Below are positions 1-12,389 of a stretch of DNA of 64,000 nt, piece by piece (the first letter of the stretch is position 1; each line of letters begins with the position of its first letter). The notes beneath the pieces were generated by a model. It ran no database searches. It saw only the letters and a list, made by a program, of their open reading frames with translations, and was not told the DNA's origin. A program made the position numbers and the translations under genes. Origin of the DNA: Clostridiales bacterium (GTDB lineage: Bacteria; Bacillota; Clostridia; Saccharofermentanales; Saccharofermentanaceae). The stretch spans positions 1 to 64,000 of the forward strand of contig JAFWDK010000008.1 in assembly GCA_017513085.1 (NCBI GenBank), in the 5' to 3' direction.

Positions 1-1302
1 AAGAGATGCGCCCTTACCGAGAACAACATCAGCTTTGTTGATAACGATTGCTTTACCATTTGCATCAACACCGGTAAGTGTCATCAAAGCGCCCTCAAGT
101 TCCTGAGAACCATCAATGTTCGTCTTGCTGATCGCTACATTCGTTTTAAAAGGAGTAGGTGTAACTGTCGGTGTAACAGTTGGAGTTACTGTAGGAGTAA
201 CCGTCGGAGTAGGTGTCTCTGTCGGAGTCGGTGTAGGTGTTTCCGTCGGTGTAGGAGTCGGGGTCTCAGTCGGTGTAGGTGTAACCGGCTTAGGTGTCGG
301 GGTTGTAAAATTGATTCTGTTCGGGATCCAATGGAACTCAGAAGTACCAAAGAAAGAAGAACAGATAATAGATCCGTTAGAGTTACCACCAAGCTTCTTC
401 ACGTGAGCCTTAGGAGCAAGAAGTGTTCCATGCAAAGCGAAGTTATCCGGAACATTTACTTCTGTCGCACTCGCACAAACCCACATCAGTTTGCGGTCAC
501 GATCGTCGCCACCATCATTCGGAGTATCGAAGCTACCGAAAGTACCATAGCGAAGCTGCGGGAACTTGTTAACGGAACCGCCCTTAATATTGATTACGAC
601 CTGTACGCCTTCAGGGACATACATCATATCAACATCAGAAGGCATGTTGTAATATAAAACATCTTTTTCTTTATCGAATCCGTTCGGTGTAGAAAGAGCA
701 ACTTCTTTCCAGCCGCTTCCACCCTGAACGTTAGCAACTGCATTAGCAGAATTGGAAGCAGTTTCATTGACCATGTTAGCACGATTGATCATTGAATCTT
801 TCTTACCGGCAAAATCAAGTGTTACGCCCTGCTTAATGCCATACTCATTGCTGGAGAACTCATATGCATTACCGTGCATATTCGCCATGGACTGGATCTG
901 GATATCACCACGAATGGTATGGAGCGTTGTGAAATTTAAATCACCGCCAACTACGAGCTGAGGAAGTCCGAGCTCACCGGGTGCAGTATTTCCGGTTCCG
1001 GCAAAAGAATAATTGCCGAAGTTGGCATTACCACCGATTGCCATTGCACCGGTAGAATGCTGACCCTGTCCTTCACCCATGGTGAAATCACCGAATGTGT
1101 AAAGAACATAGTTGAAAGGATTCTGAACATTCAATCCGGAGCCGGCATCAAAAAGAAGATGATTTGTGGCAGTACCGGATGGGAGTGCTGCAATACCTTG
1201 TGTTCCTAGAAATGCTAAAACGAGAGTTCCTGAAAGTGTCTTTGCCCAACGACCGAATCTGCTCCGACCGCGAGCGCCCTGGTGTGTCTTTACGTCTGTC
1301 AT
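1..1302 (-). CDS. Secreted surface protein, partial (runs off left edge): choice-of-anchor-A-like N-domain, Pro/Thr linker, SpaA/prealbumin-like pilin-type domain
   Basis: Not in the ORF track because it has no stop in the window. ATG at 1302 after GGAGG; MTDVKTHQG..TLSGTLVLAFLGTQGIAA signal-like segment; YVLYTFGDF..HSTGAMAIGGNA; PTPTETPTPT linker; then VAISKTNIDGSQELEGALMTL. Confidence 0.75.
   Translation of the reverse strand, partial: MTDVKTHQGARGRSRFGRWAKTLSGTLVLAFLGTQGIAALPSGTATNHLLFDAGSGLNVQNPFNYVLYTFGDFTMGEGQGQHSTGAMAIGGNANFGNYSFAGTGNTAPGELGLPQLVVGGDLNFTTLHTIRGDIQIQSMANMHGNAYEFSSNEYGIKQGVTLDFAGKKDSMINRANMVNETASNSANAVANVQGGSGWKEVALSTPNGFDKEKDVLYYNMPSDVDMMYVPEGVQVVINIKGGSVNKFPQLRYGTFGSFDTPNDGGDDRDRKLMWVCASATEVNVPDNFALHGTLLAPKAHVKKLGGNSNGSIICSSFFGTSEFHWIPNRINFTTPTPKPVTPTPTETPTPTPTETPTPTPTETPTPTVTPTVTPTVTPTVTPTPFKTNVAISKTNIDGSQELEGALMTLTGVDANGKAIVINKADVVLGKGASL
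150..306 (-). repeat. Degenerate 6/12-nt tandem repeats encoding a (PT)n/TETP/TVTP linker
   Basis: Repeated GTCGGTGTAGGA-like units on the + strand. Confidence 0.85.
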
Positions 1303-1452
1303 TTACAACCCTCCATTAAGAAGTACTGTGGATCATCCCCATTAATCCACGCTAATTAACCTTTTTCATTCTACCTATATTGTGAAATAATTTCAACCGG
1401 TTTCATTTGTGCAAAATGAACAATTTTTCACAATTTTTTCACAATTCATAAC

Positions 1453-1484
1453 AAAAGAGGCCGTGAAATAGTATCACAGCCTCT
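1453..1484 (-). terminator. Probable intrinsic terminator ending the glg operon transcript
   Basis: AAAAGAGGCCGTGA...TCACAGCCTCT imperfect hairpin with T-run on the minus strand. Confidence 0.6.
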
Positions 1485-1522
1485 CCATTTGTCAAGATTT
1501 TGTAATAATTTGTTCGAAGTTA

Positions 1523-2620
1523 TCAATGTGTCAGCATGTAGAATACGGTGATCACAGCAATAGCAATCAAAATCGCAATAAATACACGCAATGCAGATAT
1601 AGGTGCCTTACCGCCTACCTTACCGGTCTGTCCATTAACTACGAAGTTATATACCTTATCGTTATACTTAAAGGAAGAAAGCCATACCGGCACAAGCAGA
1701 TATTTGTAAGTAATATTACTGTACAACGTTGAGAAATGAACAGAATCAACACGGTCGCAGTGCCAGTTTCTTCTAATATAATTATGAATATTAGAATTCA
1801 ATCTGGCTTTGATCGATTGCTGCGCAATCTCCCAACCGTCTTTTAATCCGATGGAATATCTCTCTGCGATAAAACCGGCAACAACTTGCGGAGAATATGG
1901 AACCAGCTTGGAAAAATCAAACGGTTCACATGTTTTCACAAGAGCATTGGAATTCTTCTTGGATGCCAATACAGTCTCATCGTCGATGAATTCCTGATAT
2001 ACGCCGGATACATGATGCCATGTCGTCTCAGTAACATAAGTATCGCCACGCTTTACTCTACGGTCAAAACCGGCACGACCACTAAAGTTAGAAGTAGTCT
2101 GCGCATCATAAGTCCAATACGGAAGATATACACCCTGGAAAGATTCCGGTTTTGCACTCTTCTTTGCTTTGGTCGGAGTAAACAGTTTTCCTCCGATCCA
2201 TCTGGTAAAGTTCTGTCCGGCCTTTTCTTTCGTGCAGGCAAAAGGAACAACAGCGCCAGGAGCCATGGAGTTCTCAGAATTGGCAGGCATTACGCTTGTG
2301 GAACCACAGAAAGGACATACAGCAGCCGTCTCAAGAGCATCATAGATCGTCTCAGCACCACACTGCTTACAAACAACAGACTTCTTCTCTGCTCCCCATT
2401 CAAAACTAGCTGTCTGAGTAGCCGACTCAAAATCCAATTCGCAAATACTATTACCTGCTTCCGGAGTTGGAAGGGATGTCTGGTAACCACAGAATTCACA
2501 AAGCATTCCTCCTGTACCCGGATCGAAAACAACCGTAGCGCCACAATTCGGGCACTTCTTATTGGTTACGTCTTCGGTTCTCTCATTCTTGATTACCTGA
2601 TTCTCGTCAAATTCAGCCAT
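1523..2620 (-). CDS. Double Zn-ribbon protein with C-terminal TM helix (family often mis-annotated as primosomal protein N')
   Basis: CPNCG..CEFCG, CKQCG..CPFCG, YLPYWTYD, VNGQTGKVGG, hydrophobic C-terminus. Confidence 0.75.
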   Translation of the reverse strand: MAEFDENQVIKNERTEDVTNKKCPNCGATVVFDPGTGGMLCEFCGYQTSLPTPEAGNSICELDFESATQTASFEWGAEKKSVVCKQCGAETIYDALETAAVCPFCGSTSVMPANSENSMAPGAVVPFACTKEKAGQNFTRWIGGKLFTPTKAKKSAKPESFQGVYLPYWTYDAQTTSNFSGRAGFDRRVKRGDTYVTETTWHHVSGVYQEFIDDETVLASKKNSNALVKTCEPFDFSKLVPYSPQVVAGFIAERYSIGLKDGWEIAQQSIKARLNSNIHNYIRRNWHCDRVDSVHFSTLYSNITYKYLLVPVWLSSFKYNDKVYNFVVNGQTGKVGGKAPISALRVFIAILIAIAVITVFYMLTH

Positions 2621-2632
2621 GTTCTCCTCCTC

Positions 2633-4777
2633 TTAGTCCTGTATTATTATTTTATATGAAATTGGTGCGACTACTATCTTACCCCTAGTATCTGTCTGTT
2701 CAGATACAATACTTTCATAGTTGGATGCTTTATCCTCTTCAGATAAGGAAGAAATCTCTTTTTCCAAAACAGAAACAACTCCCGAAACAGGGTCATGATC
2801 AACCAACAAAAACATTCTATCACTTCGATTTAGAATACACAAAGCATTATTCGACCCTTGACAAATCCTTCCGAAATGATCTCTTCCTTTTTCATCCAGA
2901 TATCTTTCATAGATCAGCACATCCCCCTTTGCATAAAGGATACGGATATCACCGTTTTTAAGGACTTCATGCTCCGAGCGGAGACCGCTGAGTTTCCGAT
3001 ATTCATCTAATTGGATGAGTTGAACGGCAGATTCTTTTTCCCAAGGATAGGTCCTGCGGTTAAAAGGATCGCGGTATCCTTCCATTCCGATCTCATCACC
3101 ATAATAGATGCAAGGACATCCCGGGTAAGTCATCTGGACAAAGAACGCCAGCTTCATCAAATCCATACCCTTTTTCAGTTCGTCCGGTGTTAATGGTGTT
3201 TTCCTCTGCGTCTCCCTGTCGCCCGGATCCGGTTTCCCGGCAAGTACAGTGATTGCTCTCGGCACATCATGACTGGAGATCAGATTCATCATACAAAAGA
3301 ACATCTCATCCGGGAAATTCTCACGCATCCTCTCCATCGACAAGGCCCACTCGAAAGCATCAATGTCCCCTTTTAAAAATCCGAGAAGCACTTCACGGAA
3401 AGGATAGCCCATGACCGTATCATGCGTACGTCCGAAAGCAAAATCACGATAATTGCCATAGCTGACTTTAGTCGTGGAATCTTCCCAGACTTCACCTAAA
3501 ACAAGGCCCTCGCCATTTGTAGCGCTTTTGACACAGGAACGCATCTCGCGAAGGAAAGAATCCGGCAGTTCATCCGAGACATCCAATCGAATTCCACTGG
3601 CGCCGCCACGGAGCCAATTGCTCACTACGCCGTGCGGTCCCAAAATATAATCTCTATAAGAAAGATCGTCTTCACGGACATTCGGCAGATCCGGGAAGCC
3701 CCACCACGAGTCGTAGTCGATCTGTCCATCCTCATGTCTCCAGAAAGAATACCACGAAGCATACGGACTTTCTTTTCCTTCCGCAAAAGCACTATAGGCA
3801 CCATTTCCTTCATAGCGGCCGAGCTTGTTAAAATACTTACTATCCGCTCCGGTATGACTGAACACGCCGTCAAGTATATAACGGATGCCATTCTCTTTCA
3901 TGCAGGAGGAGAATTTTTTGTATCCTGCGATACCGCCAAGCAGAGGATCCACATTCATATAGTCGGCTGTATCATATCGATGATTGGATCTGGCTTCACA
4001 GATCGGATTCAGATAGAGCACATCTATATGCAGGCTCTTAAGGTATTCGATCTTCTCTGCAATTCCTTGCAATGATCCGCCATAAAAATCGCAAGCAAGA
4101 TAACCGGTGGACTCTTTGCCGTAAATATCGACATCTTCATACCAATCTTCATGACAGATCCTCTCCGGCCGTTCTTTTTCGGAATCCTTCATTTTGGAAA
4201 AAGAAAACGCCTGGTCACGATGGAATCGATCCGGGAAGATCTGATACATGATCGCTCCTTTCATCCAATCGGGAGTTGTAAAGTCTTTCTCATACACTGT
4301 GATCTGAAACGCATGAGGATACTTATCCTCATTTGCGCCTACACGAGGTGCGGAAAAGGCAAACTTACCTTGTCCATCCTTCTTTTCCCAGGATGCTACG
4401 TAGTACAGATAAGTACGGTTTTCTTCATGTTTTCTGTAAAGAAGATCATGGTATTCTTTATCAACGATCTTCTCTATATCCTCGTTCTTACTCCGCAGAC
4501 AGAACCAATAAAAAAGAAGCCCGGATTCAGACGGCATGCGCAATCTGGCATGCCATCTTACTCCGTCAGCTTCTTTCTTTACACAACGCATTTCGTTATA
4601 AGATAACGAATAAAGACCATACGCATAACATAAGACCACTTCATCGACATGGCAATAGACATCTATCGCCAGATCCACATAACTTCCTGTCTTTTGCGCG
4701 CCAAACGGCGAACGATACTCCGTGGATCTCGAACAATGGATCACACTATTCGAGAAATTGGCTATATGAGCGTTCAT
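2633..4777 (-). CDS. GH13 neopullulanase/amylopullulanase-like glycoside hydrolase (probable glycogen debranching)
   Basis: YQIFPDRF, GGSLQGI, NHRYDT, DGVFSH, GIRLDV, GEVWED, SSHD, YYGDEIG, DPFNRR. Confidence 0.9.
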   Translation of the reverse strand: MNAHIANFSNSVIHCSRSTEYRSPFGAQKTGSYVDLAIDVYCHVDEVVLCYAYGLYSLSYNEMRCVKKEADGVRWHARLRMPSESGLLFYWFCLRSKNEDIEKIVDKEYHDLLYRKHEENRTYLYYVASWEKKDGQGKFAFSAPRVGANEDKYPHAFQITVYEKDFTTPDWMKGAIMYQIFPDRFHRDQAFSFSKMKDSEKERPERICHEDWYEDVDIYGKESTGYLACDFYGGSLQGIAEKIEYLKSLHIDVLYLNPICEARSNHRYDTADYMNVDPLLGGIAGYKKFSSCMKENGIRYILDGVFSHTGADSKYFNKLGRYEGNGAYSAFAEGKESPYASWYSFWRHEDGQIDYDSWWGFPDLPNVREDDLSYRDYILGPHGVVSNWLRGGASGIRLDVSDELPDSFLREMRSCVKSATNGEGLVLGEVWEDSTTKVSYGNYRDFAFGRTHDTVMGYPFREVLLGFLKGDIDAFEWALSMERMRENFPDEMFFCMMNLISSHDVPRAITVLAGKPDPGDRETQRKTPLTPDELKKGMDLMKLAFFVQMTYPGCPCIYYGDEIGMEGYRDPFNRRTYPWEKESAVQLIQLDEYRKLSGLRSEHEVLKNGDIRILYAKGDVLIYERYLDEKGRDHFGRICQGSNNALCILNRSDRMFLLVDHDPVSGVVSVLEKEISSLSEEDKASNYESIVSEQTDTRGKIVVAPISYKIIIQD

Positions 4778-6429
4778 GATTCAGTCTTCTCAGCTTTTTT
4801 CGGCTCTTCCTTCTTCGTTGTCTTAGTCTTCTTTGCAGAAGACTTGCTCTTCACAGCAGGCTTTTTCGCCACAGTTTTCTTTTTGGGTGCTTTTTCAGAA
4901 GACTCTTCTTTATCCTTATTCAGATCAAGGATTTCTTCCGTAAGCGCTTTTTTCTTTTTCGGTTCTTCAGCAATAGAAATACCGGTAATGAAAGAATAGA
5001 GACCCGCATACTCTTCTGCAGAGTGCTTCCAGGAATAATCAGCTTTCATGCCTTCTTTGATCAGCTTATCCCAAACATCCTTGTTGTGACGATACAGATC
5101 GCAAGCATACTTCGTTACAAACAGGAACTCATGCGCATTGATATTCGCGAACGAGAAACCATTACCCTCACCGGTAAATTCATTGTAAGGAATGACTGTA
5201 TCACGAAGTCCGCCGGTCTCACGAACGATCGGGATCGTACCATATGTCATGGCGATCAACTGGGAAAGTCCGCATGGTTCAAACAGAGACGGCATCAGGA
5301 AGATATCCGCACCGGCATAAAGCGTATGCGCCAATCCATTATCGAAAGAGATACATGCGCACATTTTTCCGGGATTTCGTGCAGCGATATCTGCCAATGC
5401 ATGCTCATAATATGCATCACCGGTTCCGAGTACGACGATCTGCATGCCGTCGAAAAGCATCTCTTCCACAACACGAAGTAACAGATCCAGGCCTTTCTGA
5501 TCGACCAGACGAGAGATCATGGTGCAAAGCGGCGCACCCGGGTTCACTTCCAGACCCAGCTGCTCCTGAACAGACTTCTTGTTGATCGCCTTACCTGTCT
5601 TGTAGTTCTTGATCGAATACTTCGCAGGGATCATATCATCTTTACTCGGATTATACTCTTCCGCATTGATTCCATTAAGGAATCCGGAAACCTTGTAGGC
5701 ATATCTTTGCAAAGTATGATTCAATCCTTCGCCATAATAATCGGTCATGATCTCATATGCATACGTTGGCGAGACCGTCGTGACGGAATTTGAATATACG
5801 ATACCGGCCTTCATGAAGTTGACCGCGCCATCCTTAATAGAAAGCTCATCCGTGAGGTATTCGCTCGGAAGATCCAAAAGATCCTGGATGACCTCGATAC
5901 CATGGATACCCTGATACTTCAGATTATGGATCGTATATACCGTCTTGACGTCATTATGGAATCCGTACTTCTTATAGTGCGCATCCAGAAGAAGCGGCAT
6001 CATACCGGACTGCCAGTCATTGCAGTGCAAAACATCCGGTTCAAAGCCCATGAAGTCGCCCATGAAATCAAGGACGGCTCTCTGGAAGAAACAGAAACGC
6101 TCGATATCAAATACGTACTCGACATAAACCTGATCGAAATTGAAATAATACTCATTATCAACGAAGTAATATTTCACGCCATTCATCGACAGAGTGTAAA
6201 GTCCGGCATAAAGAGAACGCCAGCCCATCTTGATCATCTTCCAGCCGATGAAATCCAGATTATGTGTCTGTTTTTGTTTTACACTCTTATAGAGCGGCAT
6301 GATGACTCTGGCATCACAATGGTGATGTTGCAGTTCTACCGGGAGAGCACCCACCACATCAGCCAGACCTCCTACTTTCGCGAAAGGATAAACCTCTGAC
6401 GAAACAAACAAAACTTTAATAGTACTCAT
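4774..6429 (-). CDS. glgA: Glycogen synthase with Lys-rich C-terminal tail
   Basis: AKVGGLADV, HCNDWQ, TIHNLKYQG, MPSLFEPCGL, TGGLRDT. Confidence 0.97.
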   Translation of the reverse strand: MSTIKVLFVSSEVYPFAKVGGLADVVGALPVELQHHHCDARVIMPLYKSVKQKQTHNLDFIGWKMIKMGWRSLYAGLYTLSMNGVKYYFVDNEYYFNFDQVYVEYVFDIERFCFFQRAVLDFMGDFMGFEPDVLHCNDWQSGMMPLLLDAHYKKYGFHNDVKTVYTIHNLKYQGIHGIEVIQDLLDLPSEYLTDELSIKDGAVNFMKAGIVYSNSVTTVSPTYAYEIMTDYYGEGLNHTLQRYAYKVSGFLNGINAEEYNPSKDDMIPAKYSIKNYKTGKAINKKSVQEQLGLEVNPGAPLCTMISRLVDQKGLDLLLRVVEEMLFDGMQIVVLGTGDAYYEHALADIAARNPGKMCACISFDNGLAHTLYAGADIFLMPSLFEPCGLSQLIAMTYGTIPIVRETGGLRDTVIPYNEFTGEGNGFSFANINAHEFLFVTKYACDLYRHNKDVWDKLIKEGMKADYSWKHSAEEYAGLYSFITGISIAEEPKKKKALTEEILDLNKDKEESSEKAPKKKTVAKKPAVKSKSSAKKTKTTKKEEPKKAEKTES

Positions 6430-7538
6430 ATGATAGCTCCCTTTCCGATCACAACCGGATAATCCTTGTGACCCACAAGTTTGATACCCGGACGGACTAC
6501 AGAATTCTTATCCAGGATAACATTCTCCAGATAGCAGTTATCTGAAATATGCACATCCTGCATGATAACACAATTTTTGATCACTGTATTCTTAGAAACC
6601 GCCACACCACGGAACAGGATCGACTCAATGACCTGACCGGAAATACGGCAGCCATCGGAAACGATCGAATCGTTCACTTTACAATCATCTGAATAAAGAG
6701 TCGGCGCTTCGTCCTTAACTTTTGTAAAGATCGGCATGCCATTCCAGAACAGATCTGAACGGATCTGATTATTCAGAAGCATCATGGACGAATTGAAGTA
6801 GGACTGAACAGTATTGATACGCAATACCAATCCCTTATATTCATAAGCATGTACACGCAAAGTATCAAACTTCTTTACAAACGAATGGATGCCGACATGA
6901 TTGGTACCGCGAGCCATCATCTCCGCGATCAGATCGACAAGAAGTTCTCTTCTCAACACAATAATACCCATGCTGCTCTTAGTAAAAGAACTCTTCTCCG
7001 GATTATAAAGCAGATCTTTGACCCAGCCTCTTCTGTCAATATCCAGAATATAGTTTGGTCCGCCGAACTTCGTACCGTCACGGTTATACATAACAGAGAT
7101 GTCCGCGCCGCAAGCTATAAAGTCTTCGATAAAGTCTGTAAATGTCGTATTGAGGATCACATTGCTCGAAGCCATGATCACATACGAAGCCTTGCTGGAT
7201 CGGACAAAATCCAAAAGTCCGGCCATTTCTTCGTCACCCTGTACAGAAGTCGCCTCGGAATTAACGTACGGCGGCAGGATATGAAGGCCACCGGAATTCT
7301 TTCGGTCAAGATCCCAAGACGCGCCGGTTCCCAGATGGTCCATCAAAGACTTATACTTCGTATAGGTATGGATACCGATATTCTTAATACCGGAATTCAC
7401 CATATTGGAAAGCATATAGTCAATAATACGGTAACGTCCGCCGAAAGGAATCGCTGACAGAGCACGCGGTTTGGAAAGCTCACCAAGTGTAATCTTCTTA
7501 TTATCACCAAAGATCAATCCCATTGCATCAATAAACAT
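6426..7538 (-). CDS. glgD: Glucose-1-phosphate adenylyltransferase non-catalytic subunit
   Basis: PFGGRYRIIDYMLSNMVNSG, no GxGxRL motif, TKVKDEAPT, adjacent to glgC. Confidence 0.93.
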   Translation of the reverse strand: MFIDAMGLIFGDNKKITLGELSKPRALSAIPFGGRYRIIDYMLSNMVNSGIKNIGIHTYTKYKSLMDHLGTGASWDLDRKNSGGLHILPPYVNSEATSVQGDEEMAGLLDFVRSSKASYVIMASSNVILNTTFTDFIEDFIACGADISVMYNRDGTKFGGPNYILDIDRRGWVKDLLYNPEKSSFTKSSMGIIVLRRELLVDLIAEMMARGTNHVGIHSFVKKFDTLRVHAYEYKGLVLRINTVQSYFNSSMMLLNNQIRSDLFWNGMPIFTKVKDEAPTLYSDDCKVNDSIVSDGCRISGQVIESILFRGVAVSKNTVIKNCVIMQDVHISDNCYLENVILDKNSVVRPGIKLVGHKDYPVVIGKGAII

Positions 7539-7556
7539 TTTCGTCTCTCCTCCCCA

Positions 7557-8816
7557 TCACACGCGAAAGATCTCTTCGATCACGTCATCTTTTTTTGGAA
7601 CGCTGATATCCTTGTCCACCTGGCAGTTCGCCGGAATTACGGCGTTGTCCTTGATCTTTAGACCGCCCTCGATAACAACGATACCATCTGAACAGATCTT
7701 CTCGTTCAGGTAAGGACTCTTTCCGGTAACATCCGATCCGGCCCGGACATTCTCTCCGATGATCGTACCGGAAGCAACAATGCAACGGTTCAGATGTGCG
7801 CCGGACTTAACGGTAACACCCGGGAAAAGCACGCAGTCCTTAACAAAAGCACCCTTCTCCACTGTAACCGAGTTGGAAAGAACCGAATGTTGGACAGAAC
7901 CGAAAATCTGGCAGCCATCCGTAAGAGCGGATCCGCGCACTTCAGCACTATCGCCCAGGAACTGGGAAGGCTTGACCGGATTTCTACTATAAACTCTCCA
8001 TGAACGGTCGATAAGATTGATCTCATGCGGACGGTCCAGGATGTCCATATTGGCTTCCCACAAAGAAGAGATGGTTCCAACATCTTTCCAATATCCGGAG
8101 AATCGGAACGCGCATAACTTTCTTCCCTGTTCAAGAAGCATCGGCACGATATTCTTGCCAAAGTCATTGTTGGATTTCGGATTATCCTCATCTTCAACAA
8201 GAGCTTTGCGCAAAACATCCCAGGTAAAGATATAAACACCCATGGAAGCCAGATTGCTCTCCGGCTTGGCAGGCTTTTCGACAAACTCCGTGATCACGTC
8301 ATCTTCTTTAGTATTCAGTATTCCGAAACGAGGAGCTTCCTCCCACGGAACTTCGAGAACAGCTAACGTTGCATCCGCCTGATTCATGATATGCTGGCGG
8401 AGCATCTCGGCGTAATTCATCTTGTAGATATGGTCACCGGAAAGGATCAATACATATTTCGGTTCACAATCGTCGATGAAATCACGATTCTGATAGATAG
8501 CATTGGCTGTGCCCTTATACCAGTCACTCTTGCCGGTCTTCTGGAAAGGCGGAAGAATAAAAGCTCCTCCGTTATTTCGGTCGAGATCCCAAGGATGACC
8601 ATTACCGATATATGTGTTCAGTGCCAACGGCTGATACTGTGTCAGAACACCAACAGTTTCAATTCCCGAGTTTGCACAGTTAGACAGAGGAAAATCGATA
8701 ATGCGGTAACGGCTGCCAAAAGGTACAGCCGGCTTGGCAATGTTCTTCGTCAGGACACCTAATCTGGAGCCCTGTCCCCCTGCTAAAATCATTGCGACTA
8801 CTTGCGCTTTCGCCAT
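7557..8816 (-). CDS. glgC: Glucose-1-phosphate adenylyltransferase
   Basis: [44 protein letters not shown]. Confidence 0.97.
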   Translation of the reverse strand: MAKAQVVAMILAGGQGSRLGVLTKNIAKPAVPFGSRYRIIDFPLSNCANSGIETVGVLTQYQPLALNTYIGNGHPWDLDRNNGGAFILPPFQKTGKSDWYKGTANAIYQNRDFIDDCEPKYVLILSGDHIYKMNYAEMLRQHIMNQADATLAVLEVPWEEAPRFGILNTKEDDVITEFVEKPAKPESNLASMGVYIFTWDVLRKALVEDEDNPKSNNDFGKNIVPMLLEQGRKLCAFRFSGYWKDVGTISSLWEANMDILDRPHEINLIDRSWRVYSRNPVKPSQFLGDSAEVRGSALTDGCQIFGSVQHSVLSNSVTVEKGAFVKDCVLFPGVTVKSGAHLNRCIVASGTIIGENVRAGSDVTGKSPYLNEKICSDGIVVIEGGLKIKDNAVIPANCQVDKDISVPKKDDVIEEIFRV

Positions 8817-8839
8817 AATAAGAACCTCCGTTCGTTTCT

Positions 8840-10888
<2,049 letters not shown>

Positions 10889-10977
10889 GAAAAAAATCTC
10901 CTACTCGCATGGGTACCCCATATTTTTTCATATAGATATTATAGCGCAAGATTTTTATTCTTCCTAGCACTTTTAAC

Positions 10978-11007
10978 AAAAGAGAGCCGATTTCTCGGCT
11001 CTCTTTT
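10978..11007. terminator. Intrinsic terminator after the oxidoreductase operon
   Basis: AAAAGAGAGCCGA-TTTC-TCGGCTCTCTTTT perfect hairpin. Confidence 0.85.
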
Positions 11008-11097
11008 ATACTAAGTCACTATTTTGCCCTCAAATATCAATAAAAGGCGCATTTTGTAAAACTTTTGTGAACTTCTCCGCAAAGCGCTGATTCTACG

Positions 11098-11637
11098 TTA
11101 TTTCGCGAATTCAGCACCCTTATCAAAAGCATTGAGATTGTTCGGGATCATATGATGTCTTCTTTCCGGAAGAACATCATAGAGAGCTTTCTCAAAAGAC
11201 TCTCTGGTAAAAGCACCTGTTGCTGCAGATACACAGCCTAGGAGCACGATCGTGGCATATGCCATGGAACCAAGCTCACTTGCGATCTCAGAAGAATTGA
11301 TTGGAATAAAACGGATATCCGTACGCTTCGGAGATACCTTAACGAGCGAAGAGTCAATGATAATGATTCCGCCCGGCTTCAGTGTATCTTCAAACTTCTC
11401 CAGAGAAGGCTGGTTCAAAGCAATCAAAACATCCGGCTCATTGATGACCGGAGAACCGATCGGCTCATCGGAAATAACAACGGAACAGTTAGCTGTACCA
11501 CCACGCATTTCCGGACCATATGACGGGAACCAGGAAACCTCTTTACCTTCGATCAAAGCAGACTCTGCAGCCATCTTACCTGCAGAAAGGACACCCTGTC
11601 CACCGAATCCGGCGAGAATGATAGAAAAATCGATCAT
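11098..11637 (-). CDS. 2-oxoacid:ferredoxin oxidoreductase gamma subunit
   Basis: MIDFSIILAGFGGQG, PSYGPEMRGGTANC; start moved from the ORF-track 11883 to ATG 11637. Confidence 0.93.
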   Translation of the reverse strand: MIDFSIILAGFGGQGVLSAGKMAAESALIEGKEVSWFPSYGPEMRGGTANCSVVISDEPIGSPVINEPDVLIALNQPSLEKFEDTLKPGGIIIIDSSLVKVSPKRTDIRFIPINSSEIASELGSMAYATIVLLGCVSAATGAFTRESFEKALYDVLPERRHHMIPNNLNAFDKGAEFAK

Positions 11638-11641
11638 GTTA

Positions 11642-12388
11642 TTACACCTCCAGATCCTTACCCTTGAACACGCCCAAAGGATACTGTGGAACCATCTTCT
11701 CTTTACACCACTCGAGTGCCTCGATCGGTTCTTTACCCCAGTTGGTCGGGCATGTAGAAAGGAATTCAACCATCGCAAAACCAAGACCGGCCTGCTGAAC
11801 ACGGAAAGCCTTAGCGATTGCCTTTTTAGCTTCCTGAATATGCTTGAAATCAAAGAGTGCGACACGCTCGATATAAACCGCACCGGTCAAAGTAGCCAGC
11901 ATTTCACTGACGTTGATCGGATAACCACGGGTCTCTGCATCACGTCCCAGAGGAGAGGTTGTTGTAACCTGACCAAGAAGAGTTGTCGGAGCCATCTGAC
12001 CGGAAGTCATACCATATACGGCATTGTTAACGAAGAACGTGCAGATCTTCTCACCACGTGCTGCAGCATGAACGATCTCAGCAGTACCGATAGAAGCCAG
12101 GTCACCATCACCCTGATAGGTAAATACCATTTCTTCAGGCTTACAGCGCTTGATACCTGTTGCCACAGCCGGAGCACGACCATGTGCTGCCTGAACCATA
12201 TCGCAGGAAAAATAATCGTAGTTATTGTATGTGCATCCTACCGATGCGACACCGATGGTCTTGTCGATGATATCCATCTCTTCCATTACTTCCGCAATCA
12301 AGCGGTGAATGATACCGTGCATACAACCCGGGCAGTAATGGAACGGCTTATCGGTCAGACCTTTTGTTTTCTGAAATACAACTGCCAT
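11642..12388 (-). CDS. 2-oxoacid:ferredoxin oxidoreductase beta (TPP-binding) subunit
   Basis: YCPGC, HGRAPAVATG, QGDGDLASIG, NNAVYGMTSGQMAPT. Confidence 0.93.
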   Translation of the reverse strand: MAVVFQKTKGLTDKPFHYCPGCMHGIIHRLIAEVMEEMDIIDKTIGVASVGCTYNNYDYFSCDMVQAAHGRAPAVATGIKRCKPEEMVFTYQGDGDLASIGTAEIVHAAARGEKICTFFVNNAVYGMTSGQMAPTTLLGQVTTTSPLGRDAETRGYPINVSEMLATLTGAVYIERVALFDFKHIQEAKKAIAKAFRVQQAGLGFAMVEFLSTCPTNWGKEPIEALEWCKEKMVPQYPLGVFKGKDLEV

Positions 12389-12389
12389 C

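Noticed and set aside
150-306. Tandem repeats (also 14712-14900 and ~43250-43460) as a CRISPR array
   Set aside because: In-frame low-complexity linkers with no unique spacers and no cas genes
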